Part shown: positions 12,646 to 23,332 of the stretch, one piece after another
Numbering within the stretch: position 1 is the stretch's first letter
Layout of the letters: every line of letters starts with the position of its first letter
From: Squalus acanthias
Lineage: Eukaryota
Direction: 5' to 3'
Length of the DNA: 64,000 bases
NCBI GenBank assembly: GCA_030390025.1
Contig: CM059432.1
Span: 27,468,001-27,532,000, forward strand
The notes under the pieces: model-generated
Databases searched by the model: none
The model's input: only the letters and a program-made list of their open reading frames with translations
Told to the model about the DNA's origin: nothing
Made by a program: the position numbers and the translations under genes

Positions 12646-13184
12646 AGCTACTTTTTAGTTCCCACAGCAGTCCTGATACAAAATAACCTTTAAATTACTG
12701 AATTAAACTGTTGCACAATGTGAAACTGAAAAGAAAGCAGTGAAACTGCACTAACCTACAGTTGCAACTCATTACTCATGATCCCTTTAAATAACGTCCC
12801 TGGAGCCGGCTTCCGGCTGCTTTACACCAGCTCTCCCTGTTGCTGTTTGGTCGAGGCGCTAAGGTAGGTGGCGACAATCAATTTTGCAGATCGGGTGGCC
12901 AGTGAGTATTGCACGCTTACAGATGTCACGATCTGCCTGGTGTTGACGACCCCGGCGGTAGCTCGTACTGGCAGCGCAACGTGGGGGGCCGGATTTTGCC
13001 ATGCGGCGCTGGATTCAGCTTGCCCTGGCGCGACTGCAAGAGCGGCCCATTACCACCATCTGCTGGCACTAACGAGAGGCGCTATGGTACCAAATTTTTC
13101 CCCCCAGGATGTAGAGAAGGCCCTCATGTGGGAGTTAGTCTTTCCCAGGGAACAAGAGAGTAGTGTGGTTGGGCTGAACAGGAT

Positions 13185-13760
13185 GATATGAAGCAGAAAG
13201 GGGATGAGGAAGTGGTCAGAGATGGCCACATCCATGATCCAGATCTGAAAAGTGACAACGCCTTAAGTGATGGCAAGATCAAGGGTTTGGCTTTGTGTGT
13301 GGGTGGTAGATTCGCTGTGGAAGGTGAAGTTGAGGGAACAGAAGACATAACAATCAGCAGAAATTGGACAGGATGAGTTCATGTGATGGTGAAAGTCAGC
13401 ACAGAGCTTGAGATGAGCCTTAGTGCAAAGACTTAGAGAGGATAGAAGGGAGGATATTTGATGAGCAATCCACTGGGGGCCTAGTAGGGAGAACAGTAGA
13501 TGATAAAGACATTGAAGGGGAGGTGTTAGAGTAGTAGAGGTTGATTTGCTCAAATGATAATAGACTAAGATAACTGCCATGACCCGTCCATGGCAGTGCG
13601 GATCAGGGGTGTGATATAAGGTGCAGGCAGGTGAGATGGCTTCAATGAGATGGAAGGAGTTGCCATGTCTCAGTTTGGCCTGGGATTTCAGTGTACTCCT
13701 CCAGTGCGAGATTATGGACAGGGTGTGCCTTGTTCATATAGAGAGGACATTTTGCCAGGT
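13185..13760 (-). mobile_element. Degenerate L2-like LINE endonuclease region
   Basis: Frames read ADFHHHMNSSCPISA...THTQSQTLDLAIT and DVAISDHFLI, paralleling the endonuclease region at 50.4-51.2 kb. Confidence 0.5.
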
Positions 13761-15163
13761 TATTAGTAGACTCAGCACTTGGAGACTCAGTGTGGAAGTC
13801 AGCTGAGACACGAACAGAGGAAACGGGGGGGGAGAAATGGGAAGAGGTTACAGAAATTGACTCTGAGGTAATGAGGTGACAAAAAGGAATGGGGCAATTT
13901 GGGTTGCTGTGTGGAGTCAGCCAGTGGAATGAGCTGCAGTGAGTAGAGGAATTGTGTCAATCCAGTTGAGACACAAATCTAGAGACAGGAACGCAACAGA
14001 TGGGAAGTAGCGGTTGGTAAGGAGGAAGATTGCCATGGGCTTGAGAACAATGAGGAGCAGGTGCTGCCCAGCAGAGGTGATAAGGGGGTGGGGGGAGTGC
14101 AGCTCTGTAGGGAGGAGATGGCTAGAAAGGCAGGGGAGCAGCCATCTAAACATATAAAGGATTGGACAAAGACCAGCTGCAATATTAGTTACAACTTGTA
14201 TCGTTGGGGTGAGTTGTGCCCCAGCTGTGTCACTGTTGCTCTCAGACTCAGTGATCAGTTAGACTTCCACGTGCTACGTCAGGGGTTCTCAACCTTTTTG
14301 TTTCTGAGCCCCCCCCCCACCCCCGCCCCCGCCCTCCGTATTTCCTACATTACAACAGTGACTGCACTTCAAAAGTACTTCATTGGCTGTAAAGCGCTTC
14401 GGGATGTCCTGAGGTCGTGAAAGGCGCTATAGAAATGTAAGTCTTTCTTTTCAACTGCTTGTAAAGTGCTGAAATACAATAAGGTTCTTTATAAATGCAA
14501 GTTCTTTCTTTCTACAATCCCTGACTCGAAAATGTAGCTGCGTCAAACCCTTCGTAGGAAACAGTCTAACAAAATTTAGACCTGGCACACTGGCACTTGA
14601 TAGAGTTAGTTCTGTTTTTCTATACTCCCAGTGGGGAAACTGCGTCTGCAGGCCAGAGACAGGGCCTCGTTCTCTTGGCCAGAATGACTTCATATGTTTT
14701 GAGATGTAGATGCTCCCACCCGTATTTTCAACATATTTATGATTTAACAGCTGGAAGAAGAGCTCTCTCCTGGCTGTGAGTATCTGAATCAGAGCCAGGC
14801 AGGACTCAGGCAGCATATGGCATATATCGCAAGATTACAGGAGCACAAAACTTACCCTTTTTAAACAGTGTTGTGGAGTATTTTAAACCAACACTCGACA
14901 CAAGGTTTTAGATCGTTATTCAAATGGTCTTTATTACACCGGTGGGGAGTAAATCTCTACTGGCGCACCTGGAGACTTCTCCAAATTGATACAGTAAGCG
15001 TTACATATTTATGCGTTCAAAAGTCATGGTAGCCTAGTGCACAATCCGCTCTCGCAACTTAATTGGATCTTGGCCCGCGTGCACCTTCACGGATTGGATT
15101 ACATATCTTAAGGTGTACATATGCAAACTGCTGAAATGCTGAGCAAAAATAACATATTATCAT

Positions 15164-15341
15164 TGTGACTCCAGGTTATAGTCCAACAAGCTTTCGGAGC
15201 GCTGCTCCTTCACCTGACGAAGGAGCAGCGCTCCGAAAGCTTGTGATTTCAGATAAAGCTGTTGGACTATAACCTGGTGTTGTGCGACTTCTCACATTTG
15301 TCCACCCCAGTCCAAGGTGCATCTCCACATCAATGTGACTC
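15164..15341 (+). mobile_element. Penelope-derived palindromic insertion (family B)
   Basis: Inverted CCAGGTTATAGTCCAAC...GTTGGACTATAACCTGG, terminal GTCCACCCCAGTCC, flanking direct repeat TGTGACTC. Confidence 0.7.
15210..15246 (+). ncRNA. Minimal type I hammerhead ribozyme motif (family B)
   Basis: TCAC-CTGACGA-A-GGAGC-AGC-GCTCC-GAAAG-CTT-GTGA: conserved core, stem II, and stem I TCAC/GTGA. Confidence 0.65.
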
Positions 15342-15807
15342 AGACAGCAAATCACAAACAAAGTTTTTCTTAGAACTAGTGTCTATCTAGATGGTCAGCT
15401 TTAATTGCACCTCACGAATGTGGTTTTCATATCTGCTACTGCCACTTGCACATCACTATGTGAGCTGTCAGTGCGCGTTCCCCACTTCAACAGGATATCC
15501 AGCCTGGCTGGAACCCAAACTGTAGCTCACAGTCTCCGATCAGCAGAGATACCACAAACCCACCTTCAGTGAAGTTTTTTGAGAAAGACCTCACATTTGC
15601 TTTTCAATTGAAATACATTGCATCAGACTAATCTCCCCAGTTCACTTCCAGTCTCCTCCTCACCCTCTTCTTCCTCACCCTCTTCCTCTACTGTACCGTG
15701 CAGAAACTCATTAAACGTGACTTGTGTGAAAGGTGAAAGGAAGCTCTAGGAATGATCTCCGATGATAAGAGGGAGTGGGTCAGATTCCAGCTCCACATTT
15801 TAGTGAA

Positions 15808-16212
15808 CGCTCGATTTCAAAATTCTCATCCTTGTTTTCAAATCTCTCCATGGCCTCGCCTCTCCCTATCTTGGTAATCTCCTTCAGCCCCACAACCCCC
15901 CAGAGATATCTGCGCTCCTCTAATTCTGCCCTCTTGAGCAACCCTGATTATAATCGCTCCACCATTGGTGGCCGTGCCTTCTGTTGCCTAGGCCCTGAGC
16001 TCTGGAATTCCCTGCCTAAACCTCTCCGCCTCGCTTTCTTCCTTTAAGACGCTCCTTAAAACCTACCTCTTTGACCAAGCTTTTGATAACCTGCCCTAAT
16101 TTCTCCTTATGTGGCTCGGTGTCAAATTCTTTGTTTTCAATACTCCTGTGAAGCGCCTTGGGATGTTTTACTACATTAAAGGCGCTATATAAATACAAGT
16201 TGTTGTTGTTGC
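15808..16212 (+). mobile_element. L2-like LINE 3' end
   Basis: Frame reads FKILILVFKSLHGLA...TIGGRAF...GPELWNSLP, and the tail AGGCGCTATATAAATACAAG(TTG)n recurs at 24.3-24.9, 26.3-26.7, 39.2-39.66 and 48.6-49.16 kb. Confidence 0.7.
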
Positions 16213-16587
16213 TTGAAGTGGAACAGTCCGTTAACAGTGCTGGCGTGAATTGAGGAAATAAATGATCCCACTGTTCCACTAGAGGGCACTCCACTCTCAC
16301 ACTTTATAACAAACGGTATCTAACCCTCTATTATCACAAGATAATTGCAGAGGAGGAAGGCCATTCAGCCCATCATAATATATCCATCCAGAGAGAACCC
16401 AATGCTCCCCTATTGTGACATCAAATTGTTTCTTAAACGATTCCAGGGTCTTTGCCTCCACCACTCTATTTGGAAATTTATTCCACACGTTGATCACATT
16501 TTTTGCAAAAAAAATATCCAGCTATCAGTCTTAAAATGACTTTTTTACTAGTTTGAATCTGTTACCCCTAGTTCTATTCTGACACAG

Positions 16588-17035
16588 CTGTAGCTCGGCT
16601 GGTAGCACCCTCGCTTACTGAGTCAGAAGGTTGTGGGTTCAAGTCCCACTCCGGAGACTTGAGCACAAAAATCTAGGCTTGATACTCCCAGTGCAGTGCT
16701 GAGGGAGTGCTGCACTGTCGGAGGTGCCGTCTTTCGGATGAGACGTTAAACCGAGGTCTCGGATGGATGGAAAAGATCCCATGGCACTATTTCGAAGAAG
16801 AGCAAGGGAGTTATCCCCGGTGTCCTGGCCAATATTTATCCCTCAATCAACATCATCAAAACAGATTATCTGGTCATTATCACATTGCTGTTTGTGGGAG
16901 TTTGCTGAGCGCAAATTGGCTGCCGCGTTTCCTACATTACAACAGTGACTACACTTGAAAAGTACTTAATTGGCTGTAAAGCATTTTGGAACGTCCGATG
17001 GTCGTGAAAGGTTCTACATAAATGTAAGTTTTTCT
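16588..17035 (+). mobile_element. tRNA-derived SINE with LINE-like tail
   Basis: A-box-like TAGCTCGGCTGG and B box GGTTCAAGTCC. The body recurs at about 38510-38935 (+), 48260-48460 (-), 56150-56450 (+), 61960-62550 (+) and 23915-24275 (-). Confidence 0.75.
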
Positions 17036-17414
17036 TTTTATTCCTAGAGTTTAATTTGAATGAATATTTTATATGCCTTGATAATCATCACCTCTCAGAC
17101 GCCTCTTTTCCAGGCTGAAATACCCAAGCCTGTCCAGTCCTTTCTCAGAGCTCAAGACTCCTAACATTGGGGATCAGCCTTGTGGCTCTCCTCTGCACTG
17201 CTTCCAGCACTTGCATGGCTTTCCCGTTTCTTGGAGTACCAGAACTGGACGCAATACTCAAGGTGCAGCCCAACCAGAGCACTAAACAACCTGAACAGAG
17301 GCCCAGTGACTCTTGCTGCAAAGTGTGTGGTTATCGGGTGATGACAGTTTGGGGAGCAGTAGTGGTGACACCGAGTGATTGAGCAGCCTGCTGGGACGTA
17401 CTGTCAAAGCTCAC

Positions 17415-18060
17415 ACATGGCACCACACTTTAGGGAGGGTGCCAAGGCCTTGGAAAGGGTGCAAAGGAGGTTTACTAGAATGATGAAAGGTCATCGACCT
17501 GAAACGTTAACTCTCTTTCTCTCTCCACGGATGCTGCCTGGCCTGCTGAGTTTTTCCAGCGTTTTCTGTTGTTATTTCGGATTTCCAGCATCCGCAGTAT
17601 TTTGCTATCGTTATTTTACTAGAATGGTACCAGGGATGTTATGTTGAGAGACTGCAGAAGCTGGGATTGTTCTCCTAAGAGCAGAGAAGTTTGATAGAGG
17701 TATTCAAAATTATGAGGGGTTTTGATAGAGTACATAGGGAAAAACTGTTTTCACTGGCAGGAGCGTCAGTAACCAGAAGACACAGATTGAAGGCAATTGG
17801 CAAAAGAACCAGGGGAGAGATGAAGATTTTTTTTTTATGCAGAGAGTTGTTGTGATCTGGAATGCACTGCCTGGTGGAAGCAGACTCAATGGTAACTTTC
17901 ACAAGGGAATTGGATAAATGCTTGAAAAGGGAAAAAGCTGCAGGGCTATGTGGAAAGAGCAGGGAAGTGGGTCTAATTGGATAGCTCTTTCAAAGAGCCG
18001 GCACAGGCACGATGGGCCAAATGGCCTCCTCCTGTGCTGTATGATGCTATGATTCTATGA
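17415..18060 (+). mobile_element. CR1 3' fragment with a nested Penelope-derived family A insertion (about 17483-17615)
   Basis: ALERVQRRFTRM is interrupted by an insert flanked by TTTACTAGAATG direct repeats. The insert begins with a 5'-clipped hammerhead core, TGATGAAAGGTCATCGACCTGAAACGTTA. Confidence 0.75.
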
Positions 18061-18817
18061 GTAACGGGTAAGGTGACAGAGGATGCCTCCAGTAAAACCT
18101 TCAGGAGAGGAGAGAAGATTCTTTTGAAGGACATCACACAGTTCGAATAAAATCTAAAAGTCGGGCCTTTCCTCTAGTCCACTTTTTAAGATTTGTTCTT
18201 GGAATGTGGGCAGCGCTGGCAAGGCCACATTTATTGCCCATCCCTAGTTACCCTGTGAAGGTGATGATGGACCTTCTCCTTGAGCCGCTGCGGTCATTGT
18301 GATGATGGCGTTCCCATAATGCTGTTAGCTAGGGAATTCATACTTGTCATACTGCAACCAGATGCATTGTATTGGGAGTTTCTGTTGTTGAGCTAGGAGA
18401 GTATCCAAACTGTAGTGTGTTGGCCCTGGGCCATCGCCTTCCGACCCTTGAAGCCTACACAACTCGGTTTACATGCCCTTATGGTTCTTATTTGCAGCTT
18501 CTTCCTGTTTACATTTTGTGGGCGGATGGAGATTTGGAAAGTGCATTTCCAAGCGCTGTTGCCTCATTGGTGCACACCAAGATCTGTTCGTATCAGCAGC
18601 TTGTGAATTGTTCAAATTAATGGTAACATGGATCTAAACTTTATACATGTGACTCCTCAATCTCTATTGTATTCGCCTGTGAGGCCCAATAAAACAAAAG
18701 GCTTAGATATCCAAGGGCTAGGGAATATTTCTTAGTAAGGCTGGGCACTATCACAGTGGGATACAATGAAAAAAATAAACCAGCAAGCAAATTAAGGTCG
18801 CATTTATTTCCAACACC

Positions 18818-19782
18818 AACTCTCTCTCCCCCCTCCGATCCCCTCTTCTCTCCCCCCGACTCCCCCTCTCTCTCCTCCCCCGACTCCCTCCTCTCTCTCC
18901 CCCTCTGATTCCCTCTCTCCCCCTCCGATCCCTCTCTCTCTCTCTCCCTCTCCTCCTCCTCTCTCCTCCCCCTCTCTCCCCCCTCCCATTCCCTCTCTCT
19001 CCCCCCTCCGACTCCCTCCTCTCTCTCCCCTTCCTCTCTCTCTTTCTCACTCTCTCTCCCCCCTCCGATCCGCTCTCCCTCCACCCTCCTCCCTTTCTCC
19101 CCCTCTCCCCCCTCCGATCCCCTCTCTTCCTCTCCTCTCCCCTCTCTCTTCCCTCCGATTCCCTCTCCCTCTCCTCCCTCCGATTCTCTCTCTCTCCCCC
19201 CTCCAATCTCCTCTCTCTCTCCCCCTCCTCTCTCTCTTTCCCCCTCCAATACCCTCTCCCCCCACTCCGATTCCCTCTCTCTCCCCCATCCGATTCTCTC
19301 CTCTCTCTTCCCCCCTCCGATCCCCTCTCTCTCTCTCTCTGCCCTGCCGATCCCCTCTCTCCCCCCCTCCGATCCCCTGTCTCCCCTTCCGAGTCCCTCT
19401 CTCTCTCTCCTCCCTCCTCCCTCTCTCTCCCCTCCCTGCTCCCTCTCTCTCCCCCCTCCGATCCGCTCTCTCTCCCCTCCAATCCCCTCTCTCCCCCCTC
19501 CAATCCCCTCTCCCCCCTCCGATCCCCTCTCTCTCTCCCCCTCCGATCCTCTCTCTCCCCCTCTGATCCCCCCTCTCTCTCTCCCCACTCCTCTCGATCT
19601 CTCCACCCTCTGATCCCCTCTTTCTCTCCCCACTCCTCTCTCTCTCTCCCCCACCGATTCCCTCCCTCGCTCTCTCCCCCTCCAATTCCCTCCCTCGCTC
19701 TCTCCCCCTCCGATTCCCTCTCTCTTTCCTCCCTCCGATTCCCTCTTTCTCATGCCCTTTCAATCCTCTCTCTTCCCCCCCG
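18818..19782. repeat. CT-rich polypyrimidine low-complexity tract with recurring CCCCCTCCGAT(C/T)CC
   Basis: About 960 bp almost entirely C/T on the + strand. Confidence 0.9.
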
Positions 19783-20169
19783 ACCACCAACAGATCCATT
19801 GACCATCTCCTTACGGAGCCGAGGAAAGCGTGGCCCACAGTGCAGGCCGCAACTGTTGGGTACTGCACATGTGCGGTTTCGGCATGCGCAGAAGGAGATC
19901 GGGTGCGCCTGCACGGCTCCGGGACACCGCGCGCATGCGTAGAAGGCCGCAAAGATGTTTGTGCAGATAATCACAGTGGCAAATTAAATCCTCTGCTGAA
20001 GGCGTTGACTCCTTATAGGAGTACAGTTCTAGAGGCAGCAGTGCCCCAGTGGTCTTTATCCATTTGTGAGCCTTGACAGTGAGTGTAAACAAGCTATTCT
20101 ACCACAAGTTGCATCGCAACCGTTCCTGATCCTGTCCTCATCCGGTAACCACACAGGTCCAGTCACGGT

Positions 20170-20960
20170 CATGGGAACATAGGTACAGGAGTAGGCCATT
20201 CAGACCCTCGAGCCTGTTCCGTCATTCTATTAGAACATTGCTGATGTGCACTTCAACTCCATTTACCCTCCTTTGATCCATATCCCTTGATACTCTTACC
20301 TAATGAAAATCTATTGAGCTCAGTCTTGAAAATTTCAATTGACCCAGCATCCACAGACTTTGAAAGAAAGAAAAGAAAGACTTGCATTTCTATAGCGCCT
20401 TTCACGACCTCAGGACGTCCCAAAGTGCTTTACAGCCAATGAAGTTCTTTTGAAGTGTAGTCACTGTTGTAATGTAGGAAACATTGTGGGGCGGGTTCTG
20501 GATTTCTACTACCCTTTGTGTGAAAAAGTGCTTCCTCATTTCACTCCTAAATGGCCCGGCTCTAATGTTAAGATTGTGCCCCCTTGTTCTGGATTCCACC
20601 ACCACCAGAGGAAAATGTTTCTCTGTATCGACCCTATTGATTCCCTTCATCATTTTAAACACCTTGGTTAGATAGATCACCACTCAACCATCAAAACTCA
20701 AGGGAATACAAACCAAGGTTATGTAAACTGTCCTCATAATTTAACCTTTTCAGCCTCAGTATCATTCTGGTGAATCTGCACTGCCCCCTTTCCAAGGCCA
20801 ATATATCCTTCCTGAGGTGCGATTTGCAAAATTGAACGCAATACTCCAGATGGGGTCTGGCCAAGGCTCTGTACAACTGAAGCATCAGTTCCTCACTTTT
20901 CTATTCCAACCACCTTGAGATACAGGCCACCATTCCATTAGCCTTTTAGATTACTTTTTG
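20170..20960 (-). mobile_element. CR1 3' fragment
   Basis: LQLYRALARPHLEYCVQF, RTRGHNLNIRAGPFRSEMRKHFFTQRVV. Confidence 0.8.
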
Positions 20961-23272
20961 TATCTGTCATTAGATAGTGATCAGGAGTCGGATCTCTTGT
21001 CCATTTTTCTGCTCCTTAATGACACTGAGACCAACTATAGCTCCTCGACGAGGTAATTCAACTTGGGCAGAACATCAAAGCTGGGAGCTTTTTGGTCAAC
21101 AATAGCAAAATACTGCGGATGCTGGAAATCTGAAGTAACAACAGAAAATGCTGGAAATACTCAGCAGGTCAGGCAGCATCGAGCAGAGAGAAACAGAGTC
21201 AACGTTTCGGGTCGAACCCTTCATCTTGGTCTATATGGCTAAGCTACTCGCTAAACTTGCTGAGACATCAGGGGCCCTTGGTTTGCCTGTTTACAACAGT
21301 AAGTGCATGGAGAAGGCAGATGAACAAAGGGAGAAAACCAACTTGAAGAGCTTCCCAATGGCTTGGTGGGTCATTGCACCGTTATGTTGATCCCCTGACT
21401 GTCTGTTCTGAGATAGCTGATCTCGCAGCCGAGGGAGTACGGGAAAATGCTGCAACTGGCCTCAGTGCCACAGAGTAGAGAGAGGAAGAATCTGCCAGGG
21501 TTACCCAGTCAACCTCTGGATGTGCGTGTACACGTCAGATAAGGACAAGATCGGGCTCGGCTGTGATGCCCTCCACAGCTGATCAGCAAGCCAGCACTCA
21601 CTGTCGAAGCTCATACATAAAGAATGGCCCCTTGGGTAAGGCACTGGAGGGGACGAGCATGTACCCCAGCATGCCTTCAGCAGAGATGGGGAAAGGAAAA
21701 TCAGCTGGGTGTCTGAAAGACGTGGAGACCCATCACCATACACACCAACATAGAGAACTAGCAAGCCCAGACCAACAGCTTCCCAAAAGATGATTACTCA
21801 AAAGTAGCCTTGAATAAAGACAAGTAAATGGACTGAAATCAGGTACAGTAGTGCAGTGGTTATATTACGGGACTAGTAAACCAGAGGCCTGGACTAATAA
21901 TCCAGAAGAATGCATTCAAATCCCACCCTAATATGAATTCAGTTCTTTAAAAATCTGTCAATAAAAAGCTGATATCAGTAAAAGTGACCATGAAGCTGTC
22001 AGATTGTTGTAAAAATCAAACTGGTTCACTAATGTCTTTTAGGGAAGGAAACCTGCTGTCTTTACCCAGTCTGGCCTATATGTGACTCCAGTCCCAGACC
22101 AACATGGCTGACTCTTAACTGGCCTAGCAAGTCACTTCATTGTATCCAGGGCAACCAAGGAAGGGACCTTGCCAGCTACACCCACATCCAAGACTGAATT
22201 ACAGAAAAGGAGTAAGAAAAGAGGGAAAAAAAATCTGCAGAGCATGAAAATGTATTTTGTAAACATTTCTGAAGAGTGTTTGAAATACATTTACTAATTT
22301 ATCCTCCTCCCTCTGAAAAGTTTAATTTGGACAATTTGGTGCATTTTGGTGCCTACTGTAATTCATTCATGTTAAATAATTACAACTTAAATAACAAATA
22401 AATCAAAATGATGCACAGAGACCACAGTGGGTTTGCAAAGCAGCTGGGGTCCAATAATAGGAGGGATGGCAGATGGGGCAGATTCAAATCAGACATCTCT
22501 GTGGAATAATTCACAGCCAGTAAGGCAACTCCACCAAAGAACATACCAGATCAGTTCCAGAAACTTTGATTAACTTGTTTTAAGCAATCACACTGCAAAG
22601 GAAAAACAAGCATCAGTATATTTAAACGTCAGCCATACCTCACTCCTTAGGGGACAAGCCTAGCGTTTCTTTGCCTCGCCATGACCACAGCATGGCTGCA
22701 GTTTGTACTATCTACAGGATGCACTGCAGCAGGTCACTAAGGTTACTTCAACAGCCCCTTCCAGCTTCACGACCTCTACCACCAAGAAGGACAAGAGCAG
22801 CAAGATCATGAGAACACCATTATCCAAGTTCCCCTTCAAACCTCAGACAATCTTGGTTTAAAGTTATATCACGCTTCCCAATCAAAACTCTGGAATTCAC
22901 TACCTAACACATCATTGTGGTCATTTTGACTTTGGGCGAGAGTGTAAAACAGGCGATATGGATCAGCCGCCCATTATACATCACTGCTGATTTTCATTTC
23001 CATTGAGGTCAAAATTACCTCCCATGGATGCACTATCAGCACAAGGACTACAGCAGTTTCAGGTCCACCACCCTTCTCAGGACAACTTGCCAGCATCACC
23101 CCGTCACAAGAACAAATTTAAAAAATCTTCTTTTTCATTTGGTTCCATATTCTTGTAAGTTATGTATTCCTGGAATATGCTGCAAGTAGGAATTTCCATC
23201 ATTGGAGCAACTGATTAGACCTGTAACATTCCACAAAGTTCTCCTCTTACAGCACATACTGTGATTTACTAC

Positions 23273-23332
23273 CTGCGTGGTGCGATTTCACTTAAAATGC
23301 CCCGGTTGTAGTCACCGAGATATAAATCCAGC
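23273..23332 (-). CDS. Candidate internal coding exon of an unidentified gene (LDLYLGDYNRGILSEIAPR)
   Basis: 60 nt, bounded by CAG| and |GTAGTA. Only one frame is open (phase 2-2), compatible with the 27806-27874 exon. Confidence 0.35.

Larger units (their letters stand above)
8813..13105. mobile_element. PIF/Harbinger DNA transposon, formerly autonomous, with convergent Myb/SANT and transposase genes
   Basis: Degenerate TIRs (GGGCTAGAAATT at 8813; AATTTTTCCCCCC ending at 13105) enclose the two hallmark Harbinger genes. Confidence 0.8.

Noticed and set aside
16588..16660. tRNA gene
   Set aside because: The A and B boxes continue into a multi-copy SINE body and tail; no complete cloverleaf.
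18641..19952. Long G/E/R-rich ORFs (250-370 aa)
   Set aside because: Artefacts of a stop-poor GA-rich low-complexity tract that is open in all three minus frames.
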